From NCBI GenBank assembly GCA_043228905.1, contig JBHGNT010000017.1, positions 5,642,001 through 5,706,000 of the forward strand: DNA of 64,000 nucleotides, read 5' to 3'. The notes under the pieces were generated by a model. It worked only from the letters and a program-made list of their open reading frames with translations, was not told the DNA's origin and searched no databases. Positions 24,364-38,293 of this stretch are shown here, piece by piece (position 1 is the stretch's first letter; every line of letters begins with the position of its first letter). The position numbers were made by a program, and so were the translations under genes. This DNA is from Azolla caroliniana. Taxonomy: Eukaryota > Plantae > Polypodiophyta.

Positions 24364-26477
24364 CTAAAGTAACTTTAGTAGCTGAGGTGCTTCGCAAAGA
24401 GACCCTTGCGGCGACAAAGCTGCTCTGAAGCAAGATATAGGGAGCTCCGATGTATCTAAGCTCGTCGTCACGGAGCCTTCCGAAAAAGAACAAGGGCTTG
24501 ATACCCTAGGAGAAGACCCATTAGAGTGCTTACAAATGGAGCCTAAATTGGCATGTGAATTAAGGGTCAAATTGAGCTCAACTACACACTGGACATTACT
24601 GTCTTGATCAACATGCCGCGTCGATGCATCGGTATCATAGATTTCAGGAGAAGGCCGGCGGGAACCCATCAATGTGGTGTGATCCGATGACGATCTGCTC
24701 ACAATGTTATTATGTCCGGTCAATATGATCGGCCTGACTCGCCTTGGGACGGGAGCAATGAGGTTCGGAGAAGTTCCGGCATCTTTCACGACATGCTCAC
24801 ACGGAGGGGACGTAAAGGTCTCGCAGGCAATGGATGAGGCATGGTGGTTAGCACTATCAATCTCGGCCTTGGACTCGGGTGCTGCAGGATGTTTCTCTTC
24901 CAAAGGTGGGGACGAGGGTCGGGATCTCTTGAGAGGGTTCAGGTTCAGGTTTGGGTTTGGGTTTGGGTTTGGGTTTGGGTCGGAGCTAATGACGAAGGGG
25001 TTGGAAGAGAGGTCTAATGTGGGCGGGTGCGAGGAGGAGGAGGATAGTCTTTCGAGATCGGGATGTAGAGTCATGGCGAATTTAGTAGGTATCATGGTGG
25101 TGTTAGGTTTGATGATGGAAGGGTTCCCAAGTATAGATGTTGTGGGCTTGAGGGAGCCTCCTTTGAGGACTGTGTCCACTGCTGCTTGGCAGACTGCCCA
25201 GTTCCCTGTCCACAGGAGGCCCACCGCCCCAAACACGGGATTCACCGTCCGCCCACATGCCTCATACAGCAGAGATTGGAACAAAGCTGCATATCACCAT
25301 CACCATCTTTACATGTCTCCCACCACTATTATAACCCAAGCTTACATACATACATATATACATACCATACATACCATACATACCATACATGCTTACATAC
25401 ATATCTAGATATACATAGCACAACATACACAGTTCATCCATCCATCTATACAAACATAAACATCCATCTCCACATATATACACATCCATTCACACATACA
25501 CACAGATCTCTTGGCATGTATACACATCCATTCATACATACACACATACACACAGATCCCTCTTGGCATATATACACATCCATTCATACATACACACAGA
25601 TCCCTCTGGACATACATACACAGTGTTTCATCGAGATGTACATACACATCCATCCATATATACACACAGATTCATCGAGATGTACATACAAATCCATTCA
25701 TTCATCCATACATACACACAGATTCATCAAGATGTACATACAAATGCATACATACACACAGATTCATCGAGAGGTACATACAAATCCATACATACAAACA
25801 GATTCATCGAGATGTACATACAAATCCATACATACACACAGATTCATCGAGATGTTACATACAAATCCATACATACACACAGATTCATCGAGATGTTACA
25901 TACAAATCCATACATACACACAGATTCATCGAGATGTTACATACAAATCCATACATACACACAGATTCATCGAGATGTACATACAAATCCATACATACAC
26001 ACACACACACCCACCCACCCAAATACATACATATGCTTATGTGCACACATCTACATACACACACAATCCCATATACAGACACACACATCCCCTCCTCTGT
26101 ATTACATACATATAACATAACTCACATGCATATGCACATATATGTGACTATTGAGGGCTAGATATTCTTATCATTCTGTCCATACACAAGAACGTACACA
26201 TAAAAGTACATGTAGCTACATCAAAGCCTATATGAGTATCATTTTCGCAAATCTGAATGATCAAAAAGAGTAAGGATATATGTGTGTGTGTACCTGGTCT
26301 CTGGCTTTCGGGGACAGCGTTGATGAAGCTGATCATGCCGGCACGGCCGAAGAACTTGGCGACGAACACGGTGGCATGGCCTTGGGCTTCAGGGGAGTCG
26401 ATGCCTAGGAGGGAGGAGCGCAGGATGCAGGAATCGCTGCAGCCTTTTCGCAGGACGCGGCAACCATTGCAACTCAT
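24364..26477 (-). CDS. LBD: Class II LOB-domain (LBD37-42-like) transcription factor, 368 aa, 2 exons
   Basis: Exon 1 26477-26294 ([19 protein letters not shown]2CX6CX3C; [13 protein letters not shown]), GT-AG intron 26293-25287, exon 2 25286-24364 ([45 protein letters not shown]); EAR-like LNLTL and C-terminal LLKLL. Confidence 0.97.
25480..26000. repeat. 40-41-bp minisatellite in the LBD intron
   Basis: Unit ACATACAAATCCATACATACACACAGATTCATCGAGATGT(T), about 9 copies plus about 3 more diverged units. Confidence 0.95.
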
Positions 26478-26880
26478 GGTCGTTGTTAAGGAAGGGGGGG
26501 GGGGCGGGATCTAGGGTATTGTCTCTGTGACTCTGTCTGTATGAATGAGTGAGTGTACAGGAATGGGGGTGCGGGGGCGAGGTTTAGGGTGTCTGTGTGT
26601 GGCGATGGCGATGGCGATGGCGATGGAAGGATCTGAGTACAGAGAAGGGTATGTATGTATGTATGTGTGTGTGTGTATGAATGTATGGCAGGAACAGAGA
26701 GAGAGAGAGAAGAGAGAGAAAGAAGAGAGAGAGTGGCCACAAGGATGGGAGATGCGGCAAGTCGATGAGCAAAGCACCCAAAAAGCAGGAAGGAAAAAAA
26801 AAAAACAAAAAAAAGGAAGAAAAGACAACTTAATTAATTATTTAATTAATTAATAAGCAAAATCGATTCTTCGCGGAAAT

Positions 26881-26926
26881 TAAATATATATGCAGCTCCC
26901 AAAACAACAACTAAGAAAAAAAAAAA

Positions 26927-26962
<36 letters not shown>

Positions 26963-27035
26963 TTCTCTCTCTTCTTTCTCTCTCTTCTTTCTCTCTCTTC
27001 CGCCCTGCCCCCACAGGGGCGCCCGCTGACGTGGC
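26881..27035 (-). promoter_or_regulatory. Putative LBD core promoter: TATA box, GA tract, bZIP site
   Basis: TATATATTTA at 26890-26881, long (GA)n at 26930-27000 and TGACGTGGC at 27027-27035, upstream of a CT-rich leader. Confidence 0.45.
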
Positions 27036-30000
27036 GGGCTTATTTTTCCTAATTTATTTTACCTTCTTCTTTTTTTTTATTCTTCTCCTGAGCTCCCCCC
27101 ATTTTTCAATTTGTTGTTTTTTATTATTAAAATGTTTTATTTATTTATGTTAGGCGGTTTGTTCTTATCCACACCCCCCCCCCCCCTCCCCCCAAACCCA
27201 AAAAACGCAAAACGCAAAACGCAAAACGCAATACCAAAGTCTAATAGTATAAGTGTTAAGAGTAAAACTCTTCTCCTTCCATTGATGTACTCCATCGTGA
27301 GGAGCATGTGTTCCTCGTCATTCAAACTTACCTCGACCATGGCTCGTTTATGCCCTCGGCTCCGGCCTTTACGACCCTAGGGCTTCACACGGCTACGACC
27401 CTATGCGTGTCCCCCTTGACGAGTTTCTGCCGACTGAAAAACATCTCGAGAACTCTTCCTCGTGCCTAGCCCCGAAGGATGGAAGCACTCGTTGCACCGA
27501 AATATGTCAATATCCACATTTTGCAGGCCCCGTTTTGCTCTCATGTAAAATCCAAACACTTCTTGTGTTGTGTTTCTCTACATATAATTAGTTTTTTGTG
27601 CGCGTGGTGGTGTAAATCACATACATGAATTCGACGAATCACTTACCGCAGTTGTATTTTCATTGTTTGAATTTGCCAGAAGTTTAGTGAACCTTGGACT
27701 ATCTCCCTCCTTTGATACTCGGCTACCTCGCCATTTTTTGGCTTGAGTTGCGTTATTATCCTTGTCTCGCATTGAATGCCGTGTTATTGGAATTAGGGAT
27801 ATGTTCCAAACCTAGGAGAAAATGATCAAATCCTTCGAGTGAGAAATGGTGAACTCTAGAAAAAACTTTGACATGCGAACATAACATAGGTTGCGTCACA
27901 TGGGACCTCAACATGACTATTGTTACACTCTAAATTTGGCCCTTATTGACCTATCGACTAATGTCTGGGTTTAGGAGATGTGTAAAAGTACGTTTGCAAC
28001 GATTTGATTGAATCCTAAAATTAAGAGCATGTGTAGTAAAAGCTTCTAGGGCTAGAGTTGGACCATATTCTTGAGATGATCGGTTTACACATGAGTGAGA
28101 AACAAATGTGTTGACACGTACTCTCCACTTTAAGGAATATAGACAATTTGTCCATTTTGCCAATATTTGTCCAAAGTTTTTATACAGTTTGACACTAACT
28201 CATCGTGTAAGCGTGCTTTTCTCATGACTTTCGACTTGGAGTTATCAAAGGTGCCATGTACATATTAAGTGGAAGGTAAAAAAAAGGTGTCATCATTCCC
28301 TGAAATTCTTCCGAAAAAGTAGATAATTTTTTTTTCCCTATGCCTTCTTTAAGCTTTGAAGGTTGGACTTTCCAAGAAACTTTGCGATTATCATCATTAC
28401 TTGTACTCTATGGAAATTTTAATCTCTAACCATATTCTCATTTTACACCATGTAAGGTCCTAAATTTGATACCCTACCAAAAGTGGATTAGTTTAGATGT
28501 ATATGTGTTCTTCGCTCAAATCCACACAAAGCATGGTAACCTTATTATATGATTACCTTAGGTAATTTATTAACTGGACCAACATAAAAAAAAATCATGG
28601 TACATACTCCACTCTCATGCAATCATTGTAGGTGAGTTATATATTGTTGCCTCTTTATATTCGAAATGCTAACAATGAATCTCATGGCATGTTGCTTTTA
28701 TCCCTTTTTCTAGTCTCATAACCTCCTTTAATATGTCACGTGGGGTGGGAGGTTTCATGTCATAACCATTCAAACCAGTAGTTGTCGCCACATAAATACA
28801 TTTTCTAAAAATAAAGATCATCTTGATCAAATAACAAAATATGTATGTGCTTCCTTTTTAGGTTGGATTCACATTGTACTGTCAAGATATCGTATTTAAA
28901 AAAATGTTGTTCACCACTTATTGGTCTCAATTTCAACATTTTAGAGGATCCATTAGGTGATGGAAAACACATCGCTCTTTCTTTCAATTGGTTGTTTACA
29001 GAAGCTACCTCTAAGGTGCTAGCATTCACGAATATTGATATTTTTCTAGAAAAGTTGGCCATTAAAAGGTATGGTTGAGCTGGCTATTGTGGGCATTTAT
29101 TGCATTCCAATTTGTCTCATTTGTTAAGTGTTTTCTAAAGATTTGGGTTCAATTCACCCTTGTGTATTGCATCATTCACTATATTTGTCGAGATAACTAT
29201 GGAGGGAAGACATGACTTTCTTAAATCCTTCCAAAAAGAGAAGAAGAAAATACTTAGGAGGAACCCTTGGTGGGTGAAAAGAGGAGACAAAAAGAATATT
29301 GATGTAAAGAGGAATGGCAAAGAGAGAGAGAGAGAGAGACGCTATAGTGAAATGTGTATGAAACTTACGATGGAGAAGGTAAATTCGCCTATGTGGTAAG
29401 GATTAAGGGGCGATTTTTTTTACACTTGTGAACACATTGAATTCTCTTATAGTTCTTTTAACAAACTTAAACTTGTTAACTTCGAATGTTGATATACAAC
29501 AACCACCTAATGACTAATAAAGAAAGCATACAAGAAAAGGGAGTCAAGCCCATAAACCCTTACTTCCATATATCTCTACTTTAAATGTCTTTCAAACACC
29601 TTTTCATGTCAGCTAGTGTCATAAAACTATTAGAATACATAATGTGAATATGTGGGTGCAAAGTTTGAACCAAGGAAGTACAAGTCTTCCAATATGTATT
29701 GCATTTGAGCTACCAGCACCGACAACAACACCTAGAAGCTAATCTAATACATGATTATGTTTAGACAATTCCAAACCAATCATGTACTTCGATGTGTGTA
29801 TCAATTATATTAATCTAGATTTTTAGATGGAAACACTTTTAATAAAATAAACAAGTCTCGGGTGATACATCAAGCGAACATGTAGTTTGCATATGTAAAT
29901 TTAGTTACAATCACCTTCACCGCAAATGTTGGTTATATGGGTGCCAACTAGTTCACATATTCACAAGATTTTAAAAAAATCAATTCCTTGGGTATAGCGT

Positions 30001-31699
30001 GAAAAGTTTAACCTTCATTTCTTACCATGTCCATGCTTTCATTGAATATGCGTACTAATTAGATCATGAGCATTCTAACTGGCGAGTTAGCATTGATGCT
30101 CAACATAAGTATGGAGAGATTATATATATGTACACACGATCTTGGATCTCGTGATGGGTATTAAGTTTTATTACACAATTGTATCAACTTCCTTTTCTTA
30201 GTCATTAATCGTGCCAATTACCATCATTGGACCAATCGTAAGTTGATGCTCAACCATTTATGAGTAACCAATGTGCATTCCATTCACCCAAGTTAAACCT
30301 TGTTTTGCACTTGGCAAATTTTAGATGTTTATCTCTCATGCTGCCAAGAAAGTCTCACTAAAATAGTGGGGCATGCATCACACTTGTCGTGGAATAAGAT
30401 GATGTTGCTCATTTATATGGTTTCTAAACTTCCTATTTTTATAGTTATGCTTGGTTTTCTTTTGATCTCCATTATGTATTGTTCTATGTTAACCAAAAAT
30501 AGGCACTTAACCTCATTGGAATTTTTTTCATTAGTTTTGAGTGACCCCATACAATCTTGGAAAGGTTTACTAGAAATAGTAGGAACCATGATTATTTGCA
30601 AAGCTCCATATCCTCATAAAATGGGAAATGGGAACATAGCAGCTTACCAAGGTATACCATTACCATTTGAGGAAAGATTCCCGAAAAGCCATTGAAATTT
30701 TGGAAGTAACCAAATTGCCATCTTCTAGATTGTTTGCATGACTGGGTCATCTTCTAGATCGTAGGTACAAGTGGGTTGTTGAAACTCAATTGGAGTTTAC
30801 TAGCATCAAACGAATGTGATTAATTAATGCCGAATTCAACGTTATTTATGTCGATTTTTCCTAGGTAACTAAATGAAAAAAAATCAAAATTTCATTGCAG
30901 CCCTGTGCTTCTTTCTTGACAAATAGAGTTTTATACATTGCCGTCACATTATGGTCATTTGTGTTTTATGCTCAATTTTATTTTTGCACTACAATGCTGG
31001 TACCTTACGAGAATATGAAATGATGAAGAGAAATTGTGTGTATGCTAGGGTTTTGGAAATTATTATTGTGTCGGCCAAACTTAAACTTTATTGTCATGTG
31101 CCTTGAAACTAGACAAAGATTACTTAAAAACAATCAGTTGAAATTATTGCTCGTGGTATTCTTGTTAACCCACATGCACACATAGTAGTTGATATGTTAA
31201 TAACGAGTTTTTTGTCAAAAATATGTTCAAAGGAACATATGAGTAGAGTTCAACCCATCCAAAATGTGTGAGGACAAATGGATTTTGCAAGGAATTTCAG
31301 GGCTAAAGTCTTTCAGGAACTAAAACCTTTTGAGTGTCAAAAAAGGCTTTTGGAGCAAATACTAAGCAACAATGAAAGAGTGTGCCATGTCAACAAATAA
31401 TTATAGTCAAAACAATACCATTGATCAGTAGCCAACTATCTACTCCATCATTTCCAAGAAAAAATCAACTAACTTAAAAATAAACTTGGTCTTATATTTA
31501 CCTATAAAAGTGAACAGTATCCTCTAGAGACAATATTGTTTTGAATAGTGTTGTCGAGAGATTAGTTGAAAAATAGAACTTGGTATACCCTTTCTTTGTA
31601 ATCTGCAAATGACAAAAAGCCTTGAGGAATAGACTTGGTTAGCTACAAATATAATGCCCGTGGTGAGGATTGAACTTGTATATGTTATGAATGTCCATG

Positions 31700-31702
<3 letters not shown>

Positions 31703-31794
<92 letters not shown>
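31703..31794. repeat. Compound (GT)n(GA)n microsatellite (second copy 42769-42854)
   Basis: Directly visible; the two copies differ in length. Confidence 0.95.
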
Positions 31795-31798
<4 letters not shown>

Positions 31799-34700
31799 TT
31801 TTTAACATCCATGGGAGGCCGATTGCAATCTACTTGACAAGGCCTAGCCGTGGGGAGGGTTGAGCTTAAGTTATCTCAATTTTATGACTTTGATGCTACA
31901 CTATAAACCACCAAGCCAACAACCAAAGGAGAAAATGTGAATACATAAGCATTTGATTATCCCTCATGTATTTGTAGATGCCTTTGGGGTTTTCAAGTAG
32001 TTTTGAAGTTTCCCGTGACGGGCACATGCAATAATAATGTGTGTGACAAAATTATTTGATATATGTCACCCTTTGAGTTAGAGAATAACAAGAGAAGAGT
32101 GTTGGGTTGTGGGGATGAAAAAGGAACATAAACAAAGACATAAATGAATGTGTAATAGTGTATTTGACAAATATTATATGTGATAGATAAGTGGTCTTTT
32201 CGACAAGCCAAGGGTGGTGGTAAGGAACTAGATTTTTCCCTCCTCAAGAAACACAATACCATTTCATCGCTACCAAATACATACATTTTATGTGTGTGGT
32301 GTATGTACATGTATATGATTGCTCATTTCAAGAAGTTAGGAAAGGGGTTATGGGTCAATCATGTTGTCTAGGAAAGCCCAAGTAAGAGCCCTAGTTTATA
32401 CATGGAATGACAATGTCCCAAAAGCTCTCATGTGAACCATTATTGACTTATACTTGTGGTAAGAGTCATAAATCTAAGTTCTCAAAAACTAGGATGAATG
32501 TTGAGGAATGACACACCATAATTTTTAGTAGGATTATGGAAGGAAATCATATATTTCATTAAGATCATGCATTTGAAAAGGAAGGGAAATCACCATTGTA
32601 TACATATTGAATAACACAATGATTAGTTAAGCATATTAAAACCTCTTGCAATCAAATAATAATAAGGTATAAAAAGGGATAAAGAGTATATGTTTGTAAC
32701 ACTAGTAAAACATAATAATCATATTCTTGGTAATCATTTGAATGTCTCTTTTGAATCCAACATACATGGTTGTTTACAATTCAATGGTGTTTTCATGGTT
32801 TGAAATTATAGGACACTTACATCTATTGTTATAGGCCAATCACAGACTCAATTGCAATGATTGAAATAGTTGTACTAATGACTGAGGCACGAGTGTTATT
32901 TGGCAAAATTGTATAAACATTGACATGTCAATACAAGACAAGACTTTACAGAAGACTTATGCCATGGCTAGAGCCTAGAATACAAAACAAGACTAGATTA
33001 TATGCGTTTATTAAACATGAGCTTGACAAGAAATGCTCGATTAACTTGTGGTTCAAAAATATATTTGCAATGACTTAGCTTTTATAATATATTTGGATAA
33101 GATCGAACTTTGCATTTCAGAATTCATGATGTGATTACAGAAGGAAGATACGCAGGAATAAGCAATAATCCTCTTACTTCTTTTTTTCTTTTTTTTTTTT
33201 CCAAAAAAAACAATCCTCTTACTTGTAACAATAAGACACAAGGGTGTGTTGATATTGCCTCCCACCCTTTGAGTAAGTTTTTTTATTGTGGTATATCTAT
33301 AATGTGTCGAAAAAGGGAAAGCAAGGTTTGGGGCCTTTAATAAGAATAAATTTACGTTGAACTTTGTAAGCATAAGCACATTCATATAAATGTAGCCTTT
33401 TGCGATTTACAAGGAATGATTTTAAGACTAAGTTCATGCACAATCTCATGGTTAACCCAAAATTTCACAACCAATGCTTTGCACGAGGATTTTGAGTCCT
33501 ACATCAATGATAAAAAAAAGCTCGGATAAATGATGTGAAGTCCTGCATAGTGCATGGCCATCTCATGTCTCATGTATTCTCCAGCAATCAAACACTCAAC
33601 ATTTTTCATGTTTAGGGCTCAACGGCTTAATTTGCGCTACCAATCAATTTATATGGGGCACGTAAAACAAAGCACAATGCATCCTTTTAATGTGAGCCGA
33701 GCAATTTCTTGGAGCACATTAGTGTAAACATGTACAATTGCCTCCTTTTTTGCTTTTCTTGGGGTTGTCCTTTCGAAAAAGGACAAATGGTTTGAAGGTA
33801 CTATTATTGACAAACTCATTGAAAAGCTAAAAAGGAAAAGGAGTTTACGAAATCATAGAAATAGCTTTAAAACAAGATCGAATCTCATATAAAGTAAGAA
33901 AATATTTTGTTACATGGTTACGTTGGGCATCCAAGTATGATCATTGTAAGTAGAGCCGGATCAGATGTGATTTTGATAGGTATGTTTGCTTATTTTCAAA
34001 ATGATATATATGCATAGACATATGCTTGCTTGACTGAAGTATAAACCCCTAACCAATCCATATGATAAATTAACATTACGCACATAATTACGGGAACTCA
34101 TAAGCAATGTAAAGCATTTGTTTAATCTAATATCTATTCATTACAAAATTAAGCTTCTTATTTGAAGACAAAATTAAGCGTCTTACCTCAATTTCATTTC
34201 TTAACTAGTATTGATTTTATTGCCCAAACCTCGTATATGCGCACACGCACACATTTAATGTTGATTTTTGTGCCTAATGCTAATTTCCATGAGATAAAGG
34301 CTTGCTTTTGATTGAATAAGCAATTGTTTTAAACCAGCACGATTAGTGCAACCCCAAATGTTTTTTATATTAGAATACTTTAGTAATTTTCTCTAAGCTA
34401 GAAAAGAGATAAGCACGACAAAGGGGGCCCACCTCCTGAAACCTTTAAAATCCAAGTGTTTTTGAGTGCTCTCCATCATTGGCATCCAACTCGTTCTTTT
34501 TGGTACCAACCAAATCCTTGTGTGTGTGTGTGAGAGAGAGAGAGAGCATTTGGCTAGGCCTTAGCCTAGGGCAACTTTACCAAAAATAAAAGTTCCCAAG
34601 GATGTGGAGATTCTATCTCAATTCAAATCCTCTCTCTATAAGTCACTTATTATTATTATTATAAGTAGTATTTATAGAAGTTTTGTCGTCCTCTCGACTC

Positions 34701-37612
34701 GGAAGTATTTCGATTCTCCACTCCCCCTCTTTTTGTTTCACGACTTTACATCCATCGTGTGTGCACACACACACACATCCGTCTCTGTCTCCTAGACTTG
34801 TAATGAGCATTGTATGCGTATTCACACTTGATCATCAAAATGTCAATAAAATGCATCCATCGTAAAATGTCACTCTTGGAGGTGACTCCCCCCTCCCCCT
34901 CTTTCGGTCTATATATATGTCTCTCTCCAAAATACACGCACAGACACATGGCCTATCACAAACATCCCTTTCTTGTGTCTACCTACCTACTTCCCATCCC
35001 CTCTTCCTTATAATAAAAGCATTGTCTACTAAAGAAAAACCCAATCTTTATCCCCCTTCTTTCTCGATTCTCCCCTTTTACTCAACAATACACACGTTTT
35101 GTTACATATTAGAGACTGGCTTGTTCCTTTTTATTTTTATTTTTATTTTTAGATAGGTGCCGAATAGTGCAACTAACACCATCCCCCCCCCCCCCCCCCC
35201 TTTTACTTTTTAAGATGCTCGTGAAAACCTTTCACAAAAATGGGGTCCTCCCTTGCCTCGGAGCAATAACCTTTCAATATTAGCTCCAGTGGTCTTTCAT
35301 TGATTCGTGTATGGGCTATATCAATATTTTGTAGCATACAACTTTGCATGCTAGTGAACAAATGCATATATTTGACTCTTCATTGAGGCCATAAGATTTA
35401 TTTGGCAGCTAGTCACACAACTCAATTGCACGATAATGCAATTAAATATCATACATATCCTTAGTTCTCACCATTTGTCTATGCATTCTTGTAATATAGA
35501 GGAATTGGAATAGTCCAAACTCCATGTCTAACAATCCACGACATAGAACCTTTCAACCTTCACACGTTGAGAAATGTATTCCAATAATGATTGAAAAGGA
35601 GATACTATAGCTTTAGTTTGGAGATTGTTATTCTTTAACATGACCATAATAAATGATGGCATATGGTTGATCAAGTTTGAATATCAATTCTTGCATAAGG
35701 TTTTTCTTTGTTGTAGATGTACGATAAGAATTGTGTGCATTTAGAAATCATACAAAATGAAAAAACACTAGCACATCTATAAGAATTGTGACTTTTAAGT
35801 ACAATATTCAACACATTCTTTAGTGGTCTAGAGAATGGCAAGGTGAGGAAAGTTAACATATCTACATAGGGAACTGGAAGATTAATCTTTTCACTTAAAT
35901 AATAGATATTATTTCATGAGTAATCATGATTCATGTACTCTACAGAAGATATAGATTCCACTTTGTACAAGAGGCTGCTTTTTGTGAAGATAAGAAGAGT
36001 ACATTCAGTGCTAAAGCATTACGTGGAAGCATTGCGTTTATACATCCATAAGAAATTATAGTTATAATAAGTGAAGTGTGTAAATGTGATCGCATAATGT
36101 TAATGATTACATTTACTTACAAATGTGGATTCCAATATGAAGCAAAGAGTCTTTAAATGTTACCTTCATTTATATTTTAACTCCAAGATCGTCATTGTTA
36201 CAATTTACACAAGATCATAGATTAAAGCCTAAGCAATTGGATCCAAAAGTGTGTTTGGTGTGAAACGCATGAATATTTTGACTTTTCAGTCATTACTCTA
36301 ACAAATACCCGAGGATTTTCTCAAAAAAAGTTTTTATTTATTTCGAGGCCAAGGATTGAAAGGGACAGGTAATACAAAAAAATAAAAAATACAATGATAC
36401 AACTCAACCTAAGGATAATTATTTTTTGACTCGTCATAAGTAGTTGTATATCCATGGACTTCTTAGAATAACAAGCTTACACATAAATATTCACTTTGCT
36501 TTATCCTCAAGTTTAGATCAGTTCATGATGTTTGCAATCCTAAACTACAACAACACCAAGTACAAAGGATCCAAAATGGCGCTATTTAGACTACATTATG
36601 TGAGCAAATGGTATTTGGAGGACTATAAGTGAGTTGAGGGAAGAAAAGGAGAAGTAAAAACTAGCATGTCATATGCCCAACATTGTTATTTATAGAATGG
36701 TCAAGAAGTAAATTACCAAACTCATCGTACAATAGCTCATATTCAAGCATATTGGATGAGGAAGTGCATAGGAAGATGGGGGTGGGTGGAGATATCAAGA
36801 ACCTTGAATGATCCTTGTGAATTTTGTGTTACTCTTACTTTTGAAATGATATTAATTGCCCAACTTTTTCATTCATGTTTGCCATTTTCATACATCTTCT
36901 TCCATTATCAAGTATGTCTTTATCACGATTCACAACATTTCCCACAATGAACTTCCATTAACCTCAAATATAAGTTTCTTTGATAAGTTTCCTCACATAT
37001 AAAATCCAACCTACTTTATGAGGACCTTGGTGATTGTTTTTCTTTTGTGTGTGTTTCCCATAGGTGCACTCAAGTCTTTAGAATTCTTCACACACTTGTG
37101 TTCTTATATTCCAACAATTCGTCAAAGGCCATGTCCACACATTGGCATGAAGATGCTAATTCAAAATAAGAATCCCCAATATTGCCTCCGACTCACACAT
37201 TTTCAATATAAAACCACAACCATTTTCATGACTTAAGCAACTTGTTTATAAGCTTTGATATTACTTTTGATAATCTAATAGGAAGAACAATAACTAACAA
37301 TTAGAAAATAAATGTAGTTACCCCATGAACTATAATCCATGATTTTGTGTTTATCTGTGTTTACCTTTATGCATCTTGCCATGTAAACTTTCTTTATAAT
37401 CCACCGAATTTCTCCTGTTGTGCCTCTTGGTTTTGAATATACTACATCAATTGCTCCACTATGCAAATCATAGTATGTATTATACTCGAATGCATTGGTC
37501 AACATTCTTTTTCATACGCATGAAAACGAATGCGTATGTTATCAAAACATTCTTATTTATTTTTTACAGTATTCTTAGCTTTAAAGAAAATTACCTTATA
37601 ATAAATAATGAA

Positions 37613-37822
37613 GGGAAAAGTACCAAGATACCCATGGAAGTTCATCCATTTACCAGAATGCCCCTTGAAGTTCCAAATTTACCAAACTACCCCTATGTCT
37701 GAGTGTATAATTACTTTATAAAGTGTAATGTTTTGGACATAGGGGTAGTTTGGTAAATTTGGAACTTCCAGGGGCATTCTGGTAAATGGACGAACTTCTA
37801 GGGGTATCTTAGTACTTTTCCC
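37613..37822. mobile_element. Mutator-type MITE (210 bp)
   Basis: ~87-bp TIRs GGGAAAAGTAC...GTACTTTTCCC; 9-bp TSD AATAATGAA (37604-37612, 37823-37831). Confidence 0.92.
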
Positions 37823-38193
37823 AATAATGAATACAAAAGTATGGTATTTACCATACTTCGAGGGTGTTTACCATACTCGGATGATTGAAACATTCTCGAA
37901 TGCGAATGTACGTATGGTTCATACTATGATTCAAATGACACATTTACAACCATTTGGCAGTCATCAAAATCTACTACATCAATTGTCACACTTTTCAAAT
38001 GACACATTTGCAACTACCTGAGGGTTATGTTTATTGGGTATCAATATTTTCGCCTTTGGCGTTTCGATGTTCATGACATGATTGTCATTGATGACGAAAC
38101 TTCACATACAAACTTGACCACATATCACTCTAGTTCCCTTATTATGTGATCCTTTGATTTACACACATACATAAATGCAAATTCCTTCCATGA

Positions 38194-38293
38194 NNNNNNN
38201 NNNNNNNNNNNNNNNNNNNNNNNNNNNNNNNNNNNNNNNNNNNNNNNNNNNNNNNNNNNNNNNNNNNNNNNNNNNNNNNNNNNNNNNNNNNNN
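38194..38293. other. Assembly gap (100 N)
   Basis: Exactly 100 Ns, a fixed-size scaffolding gap. Confidence 1.

Larger units (their letters stand above)
27233..38193 (+). repeat. Copy 1 of an ~11-kb near-identical direct duplication
   Basis: Collinear with 38294-49294; differs only by scattered SNPs, microsatellite lengths and small indels. Confidence 0.97.

Noticed and set aside
24704-25408. 234-aa plus-strand ORF
   Set aside because: Antisense shadow of LBD exon 2.
25186-26161. Long His/Thr/Ile/Tyr-rich ORFs (up to 309 aa) and a CRISPR-like periodic look
   Set aside because: These are translations of the intronic minisatellite. Units are contiguous with no unique spacers, and the context is eukaryotic.
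27400-37600. Short ORFs that appear twice and seem conserved
   Set aside because: They recur only because of the 11-kb near-identical duplication; none has recognisable motifs or splice structure.
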